A stretch of DNA of 64,000 bases from Sarea resinae. Its lineage: Eukaryota. Of the stretch, positions 52,704 to 64,000 are shown in pieces. Position numbers and translations under genes: made by a program. Position 1 is the stretch's first letter. The number at the start of each line of letters is the position of its first letter. The DNA is taken from contig JAPEUD010000001.1 in the NCBI GenBank assembly GCA_026026165.1, positions 496,001-560,000 of the forward strand, given 5' to 3'. The notes beneath the pieces are model-generated. The model was not told where the DNA came from. It was given only the letters and a program-made list of their open reading frames with translations, and ran no database searches.

Positions 52704-53506
52704 TGTCAAGGGTTCGCCGAAGAGCGCAGAAGTTTCTGGGGGGATTCGGGGGAGAGATAGGTAGGTAAAGGTAGATTACGTCGAAGCGCCCGGTCGCAAC
52801 TGCGTCAGGATGTCGTAAAAAGGAGAATCCCACGCAGAGCGGGCGATCTATGTCTGTTGATCGTATCCAAGGAAAGCGCACAGGATGGGAGAAATATCGT
52901 TTTCTTTGCAGATATAAATGCCGATTATATTCCAGCGGCAAACGATGAAAGATTCGAGTTGATAAGAGGAGAGAAGCGGAGGTTCGAGGATGGCGTTATT
53001 AAAAGAGCGAGGGCGCAAGCGGCAAACATGCGCCGCTGCACGACCGCCTGTTGCCTGTGCAGGCTCATGGTACCTCCTCGAGAGTACTAAGATAGGTGCA
53101 AGACAAGGTACTCAATCAGATGTCACCCGCACCGTACCTCCTTAGCTGATAAGTCAGAGCGGCATATGATTCGAATCGAGGGAGGTTCCACTTGTGATGC
53201 ATTAGGTATCTACTGTAGTACTTCATACCTACTGAGTCCTGCCGCCTTTCGATCCTGCTACGCTTCCTTAGGAGCTGTTCTGAACCGTGTGAATATCACC
53301 GAGCGTAGAATATCTCTCTGCGCCTTTCACTAGGTTCTTGTGCCTCACATTGAATCATCATCTGCGTTTGTGTGCTTGAGGTCTAGAGGCTATGCATAGC
53401 AGAGTATCTGCATGGTAGTAACGGTACGCCAAGCTATTCATTCGCCGTTCCGCCCATCTTGGTATCTTGTAAACCTCCATCTCAGCCGATTCCCCTGCTC
53501 ATGGAA

Positions 53507-55495
53507 TCACTCTTTGGTGACTGCGAAAACACCGGGCAAGTCACGAGCATATACTTCCGTCGTATCCTGCGTCGCGAGGTCGACGACCCGCACTGTCTCC
53601 ACATGCAATGCACCCGTAGCCAAAGCGAGGAACTTCAACTCAACCGTATGGCACGCCCCGGGAGCAAGCGGGCTATGAAATGTTTTGTTAGCTGAATAAC
53701 CCTTGACCGTTGGACGCGGACCACGGGGAAACATACCCTACTCTCACATCTGTACTTAAACTCACAAGCTCGGCTGGCTCCATGATCGCGTTTCGTTGCA
53801 TCGCATAGACAATGTTCTCGTCCACGACAGCATCTGCAATTGAGTCATCCTTTCGTCTACCAGACGACGAAGATGGTCGGGGCAAATGCCTCCGGAAGTC
53901 CGTCTTTCTCCGTCTTGGAACTGGAACCAGTCCTAGTTTCCGATGTCTGTTCGAGCGATTGACGATGAAGACGCTCCATCGAAACGGATCCCCGACGTGT
54001 ACCGTTTCAGGTCCCGAAAAGGTCAACGTGATACCCAGACCACTGGTAGAACTGGCCCTCTGTCGACTGACGTCGCTGTCAATCGACTGTATTGACTGTG
54101 TTGACGCTCGGTTGCCGGGGGCTTGAGAGGAAGCCTTGTCCGGGGCGCCGGTTCCCGACATGGCCCCGTCAACTGGAAGGCTAGATGGGCGGTGATTCCT
54201 TTGCATTAATTGAGTGGGCGCGCCGAAACTAGGGTTCACCGGCATTGAAAAGTCGACGGGAGCTTTCCATCTCATGGTAATTCGTGGTCTGCAGTCCTCG
54301 GACACCAGAATAGAAGCACCAACGGACACATTCAAGTCTCTAAGATTTGCAGAACTTTGAGATCCTGGCGTGCTAGAGTCAGGGGTGAGCTTATAGAGGA
54401 AGGTGATGTCGTCTCTTGGCTGGCAAATTACGGGAAGCCCAGTGCCCTGTGGACCTTCGAGTGCTTCTGCATACCCTCCTGGAAGTTCTATTTCGATGGT
54501 TTTAAGCTCCGTATCGTAACCCGCAAAAGGAGTCACCTCAAAGTCGAGAGAAGCGATAATGACAGCTTGAGAGACTGATGTGTTGAGCCGAGAATACCTC
54601 ACGCGTGATGTCAGTGCCGGTGCGACGCGGAACCGTCGTTGAGATTTGTTCTTCAGGGGCCGCAGTAGTTCCTTTGCTACTCTCGTGGCTGGTGCAACCC
54701 GAGAAACCCTCAATGCTGACAGTCGTGGATTGACCCCAGCAAGCACTGGATCGTCCTGAAGGGACTCGAGCAAGTTGAGGCCAGCAGGAACCTGACTTGG
54801 TAGATACTCCTCCTCGACAACGTCTGTGTCAACCTTTTCAGCCGGACGTAGATTAGCAGAAGCCGAGAAATAGATTGCAGGGCTCTGTATTCGTTGTCTG
54901 GGCCGCGCTGCATCACTGATCAGCAACTGCTACGGAGCCACAAAAAAGACGAGAGCAAACGTACAAAGGTAAACTTGAAGTTTCCACGCTACAAATATAT
55001 GTCTATCTCCATTGCTTCCAGATTCATGAACTACGATGAGGGGATCATCCCCTTCGCTGACAGCGGCCGAGAAGATCAGCTCCGTATGATCCGGTTGCTG
55101 TGCATGTTGTGAGCTTCGCGATTCGGGAGGATGAAGGTGGGCGACATGCGCCTCAAGGGATATAGAGAGTCGTGATAGATAGGATTTCAAGGTCGCTTCG
55201 TCAAGATAGGGCGTTCGGAGTACGACGTAGACATCGGCGAGTTCATCTGTAGGTCTACGAATGAGTAAGAGGTTGTGCTTGCTGAAGTCGAAGACGAGGT
55301 CGGCGTACCATAAAACAGAAGCGATCTCTGAGGGATCGTCGACAGAACAGAAGCGTCCCAGTCTCCAGTCTCCTCGGATGAGGCAGAAGTGAAGACATCC
55401 TCAAACTTGATGTCTGACGCGTGAGGGACGATGGTGTCCAGGACCGCGCTCTCCATAAACTCCCCACTTCCTCTGGGCCTGCTTTCTTCCGACAT
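53507..55495 (-). CDS. TRS65: TRAPP II complex subunit Trs65-like; multi-exon
   Basis: VLDTIVP, IPQRSLLFY, DEEYLPS-like/EEEYLPSQVPAGLNLLESL, LPVICQPRDDITFLYKL, ITLTFSGPETVHVGDPFRWSVFIVNRS, LVSLSTDVRV|GPLAPGACHTVELKFLAL. Confidence 0.8.
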
Positions 55496-55908
55496 GGTCA
55501 GACGGGGTAGGACACCGCCGTCTGCAGGAGCTGCTGGTCTCTTCCAGTTGGTGCTGACTCTTGTTCAAAGCAATCGCGACATGGGCTCAGCAGCCTCGAA
55601 GATTGAGAATTGACAATCGAACATCGTCGTGAATGGAGCCAACCAGTATATGTAAGGTACTCCGTATGAAGCAGCATGGAGCAACTGGAGCTCCAAGGGC
55701 AGGGCAACTGTAGGCGAGCATTCACTTGCGCGACAGATTGATGTACGGTGTACTTTGTACATCCATGTCTGTCTTGATTTCTCGCGCCGCTCCTCATACA
55801 GTAAGGTAGAAGTCGTCCAACCACCACAGACACCTTTCGCGCCTTCATCATCCTCGCCTTTGCACGCCGTGCTAGACGGCTGGAGCTCTTCTTCAGAGGA
55901 AAGCTATC

Positions 55909-58770
55909 ATGAACGGCATTAATGGGACATCGGGTACTCTTGGGCTCTGGCAGGAGGCTCGCAATGCCGACGGCCGGGTCTACTACTACAATACGCAGAC
56001 AAAGGCGACGCAATGGACGAAGCCTCTCGAGCTGATGACGCCGGCAGAGGTAAGCGGGTTTCTCAGTGTTGGCAAACAGATGTTGATACTGACTTGGAAT
56101 TTGTAGCGTGCCTTGTCCAATCAGCCATGGAAAGAGTATACAGCTGAGGGAGGTCGGAAATACTGGTAGGGCTTCAATCTGCGACGACCGTGGATCGGAG
56201 AACTGTCGCTGACTCAAACTCATCAGGTATAATACGGAGACCAAGCAGAGCTCCTGGGAGATTCCAGAGGTCTACAAAAATGCCCTTTCACAAGGCCAAC
56301 CGGCGCCCACAACGGCTGCGCCGTAAGTTCTTTGTCCAGAAATCCTTGACGGCGCATCAGTGCTGATATCATCACAGTGCCCAGCAATTCGTTGCTGGTG
56401 GAGCCTCCACCTTCTCCCCATATCCGCAAAGAGATCGTGACGACTATGGATCCGAGCGTCTAGGACCAGACCGCCAAATCGGGTATGGACAGGCCGACTC
56501 GAATAGGGCGCGTGGTACCGCACTGGGACCACAGCAGAACGAGCCGGATTATTCATCCTTCGAAGACGCCGAGGCAGCCTTTCTGAAGCTGCTGCGTCGA
56601 GCCAATGTGCAGCCTGATTGGACATGGGAACAGACAATGCGAGCCGTCATCAAGGATCCACAGTATCGAGCTCTAAAGGATCCTAAAGATCGTAAGGCTG
56701 CCTTCGAGAAATATGCAGTCGAGGTGCGACAGCAGGAAAAGGAAAAAGCCAAAGAGAGAATAGCCAAGCTACGAGCTGATTTTGGCACCATGCTCAGGAG
56801 TCACCCGGAGGTTAAACACTACACTCGCTGGAAGACTGCCAGGCCAATCATTGAGGGCGAGACTATCTTCAGGTCGACAAACGACGACGACGAGCGGCGA
56901 CAGCTTTTCGAAGAATACATCATTGAGCTGAAGAAAGCAACCGTAGATCGTGAGGTCACCACCCGAAAGGCAGCAATGGACGATCTCGTAGGCATTCTCA
57001 AGGCTCTTGATCTGGAGCCGTATACACGATGGTCGGAGGCGCAGGGGCTCATCCAGTCGAATGAGCGATTCCAAGGTGACGACAAGTTCAAAACCCTAAG
57101 TAAATCAGACATTTTGACTGCTTTTGAGAACCATATCAAGTCCCTGGAACGCTCGTTCAACGACGCCCGCCAGCAGCAGAAAACCTCCAAGGCTAGAAGG
57201 GAACGCCATCATCGAGAAGACTTTATTGCCTTATTGAAGGACTTGAGAGCAGGTGGTAAGATCAAGGCTGGAACCAAATGGAAAGACGTCCTGCCACTAT
57301 TTGAAGAAGACTCTCGCTATGTGGCAATGCTGGGCCAGTCTGGGTCAACTCCCCTAGACCTCTTCTGGGACATGGTCGAGGAGGAAGAGCGGTCCCTACG
57401 AAGCAGAAGAAACGAAGTCCTCGACGTACTGGACGTGAGTCTCCCGTTGCTCCTCCAGAGCTATCCAATTAGAGATACTGACAATACACTCTCAGGACAA
57501 ACGCTTCGAGATCACGCCCAAAACTCCCCTCGAAGATTTCCTCTCCCTCATGCAATCCGATCGCCGCACTGCCCAGATCTCCCACGACGACCTCGCCCTC
57601 ATCTTCTCTCGCCTCCAGGAGAAACTCGCCCGCCGCTCCGAAGACGACAAGCACGCCGCAGAACGCCACCAGCGCCGCACGATCGACGCCCTGCGCTCTC
57701 GCATCAAGCGTCTCGAGCCTCCCGTCCTCCTTACGGACACCTGGGACGACATCAAGCCGCGAGTGGAGAAACTGGAAGAATTCCGCGCTTTGCCCTCGGA
57801 CGACCTGCGCCGCTCCGCCTTCGACAAGGTCATCCGCCGTCTGCGCGAGAAGGAAGAAGACGCCGAGAAAGACCGGGAGCGAGAGCGCGACCGTGACCGT
57901 GACCGTGATCGTGAACGTGATCGGGACCGCAAACGCGACCACCGTGACCGCGACCGGAACGGCTACCCCCCTTCGCCCCGGCCAAGCCACCACAGCAGCA
58001 GCAGCCGCCGCCACGCGGCCGCCGTGGCCGGGGGTCGAACCCCCGAACCCGACGCCTACGAAGCCGACCGCAAACGCGCCCAAGCGGACCGCGAACGCCA
58101 ATATCGCAAATCATCCGTGACGGCCTTTTCGCCGCCGCCGCCATCCTCATCGCACCACCGTGGCGGCGACCGAGACCGCGACACCCGCCACGCCCGCGCC
58201 CTCTCCACGCACTCGCACTCGCACGCCTACGACCACGCGCCGGGCCCGCGCGGCTCGCGCGAAGACGAGCGCGAGCGCCTCTACCGCACGCGCGGCGATC
58301 CGCGCGGCTCGCGCGACGAGCTCGACTACGGCGAGGGCGGCAGGCCCGGGTCCTCTGCTGCCGCCGCGTCTACGTCCGGTGCTGGTGGTGCCGGCGGCGA
58401 GGCGGCGGCCGCTAGGGCCGGGTCCAGGAGACGCCGGGCCGATTCGGTGGATGACGGCGATGATGGGAGGAGCGTTGTTAGTGGTGGCGGAGGTGGGGGG
58501 GATAGGAGGGATATCAAGCGGTCGAGGAGAGATAGGGGGGGTGAGAGGGACAGAGATCGGGATAGAGATAGGGAGAGGGAGAGGGAGAGGGAGAGGGAGA
58601 GAGACAGAGATAGAGATAGAGAGAGGGACAGGGATGGCGGCAGGAATGGCGCCAGCGCTCTGGGAGGAGCGAGGAGTCCCCCTCCCGGCCAGGTCCCGGA
58701 CATCAAGCCCGAGAAAGATGAGCCGGCCGTTCATTCCGGAAGCGAGGAGGGCGAGATAGAGGAGGAGTGA
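55909..58770 (+). CDS. PRP40: U1 snRNP-associated splicing factor Prp40 (2 WW + FF domains, RD/RE-rich tail); multi-exon
   Basis: [89 protein letters not shown]-terminal SEEGEIEEE. Confidence 0.94.
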
Positions 58771-59505
58771 GTAAAGTTAGCTAGTAGACCCAGCCAGCCA
58801 GCCAGCCAGCCAGTCACTCAGTCACTCAGTTAGTGTCAAGGCTCTCATCTACAGCTTCCTTCAAGTCAAAAAGACATTTCTTTCCCTTTCAACATCTCGC
58901 AGCCAGATAGAAAATGATATATCCTGTCAGCAAGTAGGCCACCCAAGTTGATTACGCTACTACATCGGGACATCGGACAGGTCACAAGGGGTAGGAAATT
59001 GCACGCCAGACAAACAAAGACTTGCAAGATTTTCCATCCATTTCTATCTACCTATTTAAGATTGAATTGTTTCCCGCTTCCATCTTTCTGTTCGTAGATG
59101 CAATGGATGATAGAAGCAGCAGCAGCAGCAGCAGCAGCAGGTCACCTGACTTGACCCGTGCGAAGGGGAAGTATACGATCTGTCATTCTTTCGTAGGTTA
59201 CCTTAGTGAGGGACTGGAGCCTTCCTTTCGTCCTACCCTGTGAGCCTACTTTATTTTCGATGAAAGACCGAACCCAACTACTCGCGACAGGAGGTAGACT
59301 TGCTGCGGGGCTGGCTATGTCGTCCTCGTCGTCATCGTCGTTAGAAGTCGCTTCGTCGTCTGGGAGACCAGCTGGCCGCCTTTTCCCACCGCCGCTAGAT
59401 GTCGTAGATCGTAACCCTAGAACGCCACCCGAATGTGAATCTAAACGAAGAGGAGGCCGACGATGCTCATGATGCGGCGGGATATGCTTGTGTGGGATGC
59501 CCTTT

Positions 59506-61829
59506 TCAACTATCGTCTTCCAGGAAGAACTAGTGGATGAAAGGGTTAGTGTTATGACACAACCAACTTCAAAGTACTTCAGATATTCCTGCAAAGGAAG
59601 ACCGGAACACTCACGTAGTTGCCGTTCAACTTCTGTTCCTGGTCCAGCTGACTCTGGTACTTGTTAATGCGCGGACGGAAGGAGTTGGGGTCCCGTCGGA
59701 AGGTGACGTCAAGGTTCTTCAAGAACTTGTTGCATCCTGTGAGCAGGCCCTCGGGGGAGTTAGCACGGGCGTCGACAGATGGCTTGCCGTCGAAGACAAT
59801 GACACGGTCGGCGAGGTAGGTTGCCATGATGAAATCGTGCTCGACGATAAAGGCAGTCTTCTTGGAGTGCATGATGAAGCGCTTGATGACACGCGCCGCG
59901 ATGATACGTTGCTCGGAGTCAAGGTAGCTGGATGGTGTTAGAATCCTTGCAAAGGACGGGAGGGCGAGAACGGAAAGTACTTACGCGCTAGGTTCGTCAA
60001 TGAGGTAGATGTCAGCTGGCATTCCAAGAGCCAGGACAATAGCTACTCGCTGCAGTTCACCACCAGAGAGATTCGGAACTTCTTGGTCGATGAAGTCGTC
60101 CAGCTTGAGAGGCTTGTAGACATCGGTCTGGAATTGCGGGTTCAAGAATGCAGCCTTGATCTTCTTGAAGAAGAGCTGACGGACCGTGCCCGTGAACTTC
60201 GGCGTGATTTTCTGAGGTTTCATACTGATGTTCATCTTCGGGATTGACCTGGTACCATCGGGCTTCTCGGCACCGGCAAGCATCCTACAGAAGGTGGTCT
60301 TGCCTGTTCCGTTCTCGCCCATCATGACGATGATCTCAGAGTCGGTGAACTCGCCGGCTTCGATTTTCAGATGGAAACCGCCAAGAGTCTTCTCCATGGC
60401 CGGATACCTGAAAGCGCGCGACCTGTCGACCAGATATTCATCTCCGGCCTCAGCAATGCGGAATTGAAGAGATTCTTCACGGAATCGCAAGTTCTCGGTT
60501 GGAATGTTGCCGTCAAGGAAGATGTTGATACCTTCGCGGACCGAGGCAGGGAGCGTAACCACACCATAAACGGCGGGCTTTCCATATAGAACGCAGATGA
60601 AGTCAGAGAGATAGTCGAGGACCGAAAGATCGTGCTCGACAACGATGACGTAGTCATTGGGACGTAACAGATTGCGGATGACCTTGGCAGCATTCAGACG
60701 CTGCTTCACATCTAAATAGGATGAAGGCTCGTCAAACATGTAGCTATGTCGATGTCAGTAGACTGCAAACCAAGAAAAGGGTATGAGACGACATACACAT
60801 CGGCTTGCTGGACACAGACTATGCCAATAGCGAAACGTTGCAGTTCACCACCAGACAGCAAGTTGATATCTCGATCGAGGACCTGTTCCAATTCTGGAAA
60901 TCGTTAGCCATAGTTTCAAAGGTCCAAGGCATTATTCTTACCCAAAACATCCTTGATCTCCTGGAGATTCTCCATTTGCGATCGCGCCTCGAGCAAGACC
61001 TTGACGCTCCGCTCGGGGCCCTTGACGGCCTTGGGGATCTGATCGACATACTGAGGCTTGACGACAGCTTTGAGGTCATCCTCTAAGACCTTGGTGAAGT
61101 AATCTGCACATATATCAGCCGACCGATCAATCACTCGATTCGACAAGATGACCGACTTTGAAGTTCCGAACCCCGAAAGTACTTCAAGATCTCCTCCCAG
61201 TCCGGTGGGTTCTCGTATCTGCCCAAATTCGGCTTCAATTTGCCGCTAAGGATCTTGAGAGCGGTACTTTTCCCGATACCGTTGGTGCCGACCAGACCCA
61301 AAACTTGTCCCGGACGTGGCATAGGCAGTCTGTGGAGCTTGAAGCTGTTGGCCGAATAACGGTGGGTGACCTGAGTCTCGAGATTGGTAGGCAAGTTGAT
61401 AATGTTGATGGCACCGAACGGGCATTTTTTCGGGCAGATGCCGCAACCAATACAGAGACGTTCTGAAATGAAGGCGATCTTGGACTCGGGAGAGACCTCG
61501 ATGCAAAGCTTGCCGGTGCGCACCACCGGACACGACTTTTTGCATTCTTGTCTGCATTTCTTCACGGCTCGTCAGCCCCAAGTCCGTCAAAGGATCAGAT
61601 GGTGGTTGCATACCTTGGGTTTGCACTGCGCAGCGTTTTGCGTCTGTCAGAAAGGTTTCTTTGATTTTCGCCTGAGGCATAGTGGGGTAGCGGGGCATGC
61701 TCGCCCTCAGCACGGAAATATGCGCACCTTGTCGCTGTTCACGATCGCGATACTGCAGCAGGATCAATTAGCCAGACTCTCTCCATCTTGTCGTCTCATC
61801 GAGACATACCGCGTCAATCGGTCCGACAT
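59506..61829 (-). CDS. RLI1: ABCE1/Rli1 Fe-S ABC ATPase (ribosome recycling); multi-exon
   Basis: [60 protein letters not shown] twice, [33 protein letters not shown]. Confidence 0.97.
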
Positions 61830-63399
61830 GGTGGGCTATCGTCGACGGTGTGGGATTGTGGGGATGAAACGAGATCCCACTCAAAGCAGCAGCGACCGTC
61901 AGGAAAGCTTATGGGTGAAGGCTCTCGCCAATCCGTCTGGACGATGCACCGAACAAGGCTGTCTGTCTGTCTGTCTGTCTGTCTGTGATAGCAAAGCTGT
62001 GAGGGGTCGAGGGGTCGAGGGTCGAAGATGTCTCGAGGAAGAAACAATCAATGGGAGACTGGACCAGGCAATTGGAAGCGTGACTGCCCTACCCGATGGA
62101 CCTGGGCTACACGACCTCGTCTACGTCTACGGCAGTACTGAAGTACGACGACCGGAATCCGAATTCGATGACCGCTCATTGGGCCAGCGACGTCGACCGA
62201 AGAAGTTTTCCCTTCTCGACCGAGTCGCGTGCATGGTGTTCTTGGCCCGCCGTAGCAGCCACAGCCCTCCAGCTGGAGCTTGGCTTGTTCGATATGGAGG
62301 TCGGGCAGGTCAATCCAGAATCAGAGCCGTATCAAGGCATTCACCGAGTGAGGAACCCAGTAGGCACGTCGAGTGCGGACAAGAAGATTCTATTGCCATG
62401 ATCTATTGATGATGCCCGGCGAAGGGAAGCCTGCCCGCGGCCAACAGGCCAGCCCCGTGATCCGGAGTGCATCTCCACTATCTTGTGCATGTTTTGGGGG
62501 GTGGAATCCATGGTCCGAAAGGCATTCATCAGTCACCTTCATCATCATCAGGATTATCATGATCATCATTGTCACCATTATTCCCTACCTATGGGCGACA
62601 GGATGGCGGCGAGGCTGAATCAATTGATGTGGTCTGAAGGGGTCCAGCTGTGAAGAGTCAGTCAGTGACTTGCAGCGATTTGAGCCATTTGCTCGCCTAT
62701 TTCCGTACGCGAGACGGCCAACTGACTACCTACGGACTGCCTGGCTGGCTGGCTACCTACTACCTACTACCTACTACCTACCGCCATACATCCATACCTA
62801 CACATACCATACCTACCTGCCTGCCTTACTGGTGAGCTAACTCCGCTCTCCTCCAATTTCGATGCCGCCATAAACACAACCCTTCTGCTCCACGACGCCT
62901 GTCATCACCATTTCCACACAGTTCACCTTGCCCTGAGGGCTCCCCAGGCCATGGCTTGTAAGTCTATCTCAAATTACCACTCTCCGCCTCTTCTACGTGC
63001 GGTGAAATCCGCACCTCTCTCGCTCCGCCGCGTTCTCGAATCGTATCAAAATACCCCCCCCATCATCCCATGCAATTGTCCAGACCCTTTGGATGTCTCT
63101 TGGATTCGTCTCGACTGCGTCTCTTCGTGGTAGGGCTGCTGTGAGAATGGTCGGATTCGACTTGACCCCATGCCATCGCTCTCGAAGCATCGGCCGCGCT
63201 GTCCATCTAATCCATCATCAAGAGCTTCGATTCCATCTCCGCCGACCATTTACTCTTCTTCCCTGCACCCGATAACTGTCGTGTCGACGGATTCTGGGTC
63301 GCATTCACATCTACTGCGTGGACCTCACTCAATCGGCACTGCGATCGTCCCATTGCCAACACTGGCCCTTGCTGACATTGTTCTCTCACAGCGGGCGGC

Positions 63400-64000
63400 A
63401 TGGTTCTCTCCTCTACCTCGAACCCGAATCCCTCCCTCCCTCTCTCCAATGGCCATCGATCGCCTCTAGCAGATAATGTCTTCACCGCCGATGAATTATC
63501 AGCAGAGAGTGAGAGCGATCTATCTGACGTCAACGGCCCGTCCAACAATGCTCGCGCCCTCCAGTCCGTATCTAGGTCGAGCGAGGACTCCCTCGAGCAA
63601 GATGACGGCGGAGACATGGATACCTCGGCAGATAACGATGAACAAGGCTCCGAAGATGCAGACTTCGATACGGAAACGCCTCCGCCGGCCGGAGAGCCTA
63701 ACGCCCGCACCTCACGCTCATTGTCGCAAGAATCTCGCAGACCGGCGAAGCGGAAAGCAGGTGTAGAAGACGACGAGTACATTATGAACAATCCAGAACT
63801 GTATGGACTGAGGAGAAGCGTATGTCGGTCCTGCATCACACCACATGTTGCCTACTGACCAATTGTGCCCCAGGGTCGTGCGCGACCAACTCGCCGGATA
63901 GTACGTTCAAGTAGCTGCTCCGCTGTGGAGACACCCATTGACTGTGTTTCTTAGATCGAGTCGAGCTCTGAAGACAATGCTTCGGACTCCGATGGGATCG
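63400..64000 (+). CDS. 5' end of a probable chromodomain helicase (Chd1/Hrp3-like), truncated by window end
   Basis: Acidic disordered N-terminus with ESDLSD, DADFD and KRKAGVEDDEYIMNNPELYGLRRS|GRARPTRRI|IESSSED, resembling my recollection of filamentous-fungal Chd1 N-termini; chromo and helicase domains are not in the window. Confidence 0.6.

Noticed and set aside
57469..58759. Antisense and alternative-frame ORFs over the PRP40 tail (RSRSRS, LSLSLS)
   Set aside because: Other frames of the RD/RE repeats.
61384..62409. 341-aa plus-strand ORF antisense to the RLI1 5' end
   Set aside because: Non-ATG start, no protein-like features, spans introns, promoter and a TGTC microsatellite.

Overview
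Gene-dense, intron-rich fungal genomic DNA (filamentous ascomycete, Pezizomycotina-type GT-AG introns with CTRAC-like branch sites). About 25 protein-coding genes are supported. Housekeeping genes include PUT2, ARG1, beta-tubulin, an MFS transporter, RCC1, GPN1, CWF19, eIF3h, kynurenine formamidase, glyoxylate reductase, IML2, SEM1, PGK, a Mpv17/PMP22 protein, TRS65, PRP40, RLI1 and a probable CHD1 5' end. Two transcription-factor genes (C2H2 and Zn2Cys6) each have a multi-kb GTAC-rich upstream region and a microsatellite-dense downstream island. The most striking locus is 27759-30357 (minus strand). A Cys/Cys/His/His WRKY-GCM1/AFT/FAR1-like DNA-binding domain with an NLS can be spliced in frame, through a 446-nt intron, onto an omega-type glutathione S-transferase. 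The same intron holds in-frame ATGs for a stand-alone GST and a mitochondrial-presequence GST, and the intron branch point lies within codons 2-3 of the stand-alone GST. No rRNA, tRNA, CRISPR array or intact mobile element was recognised. Exon boundaries were read by eye and are not validated by transcript data.
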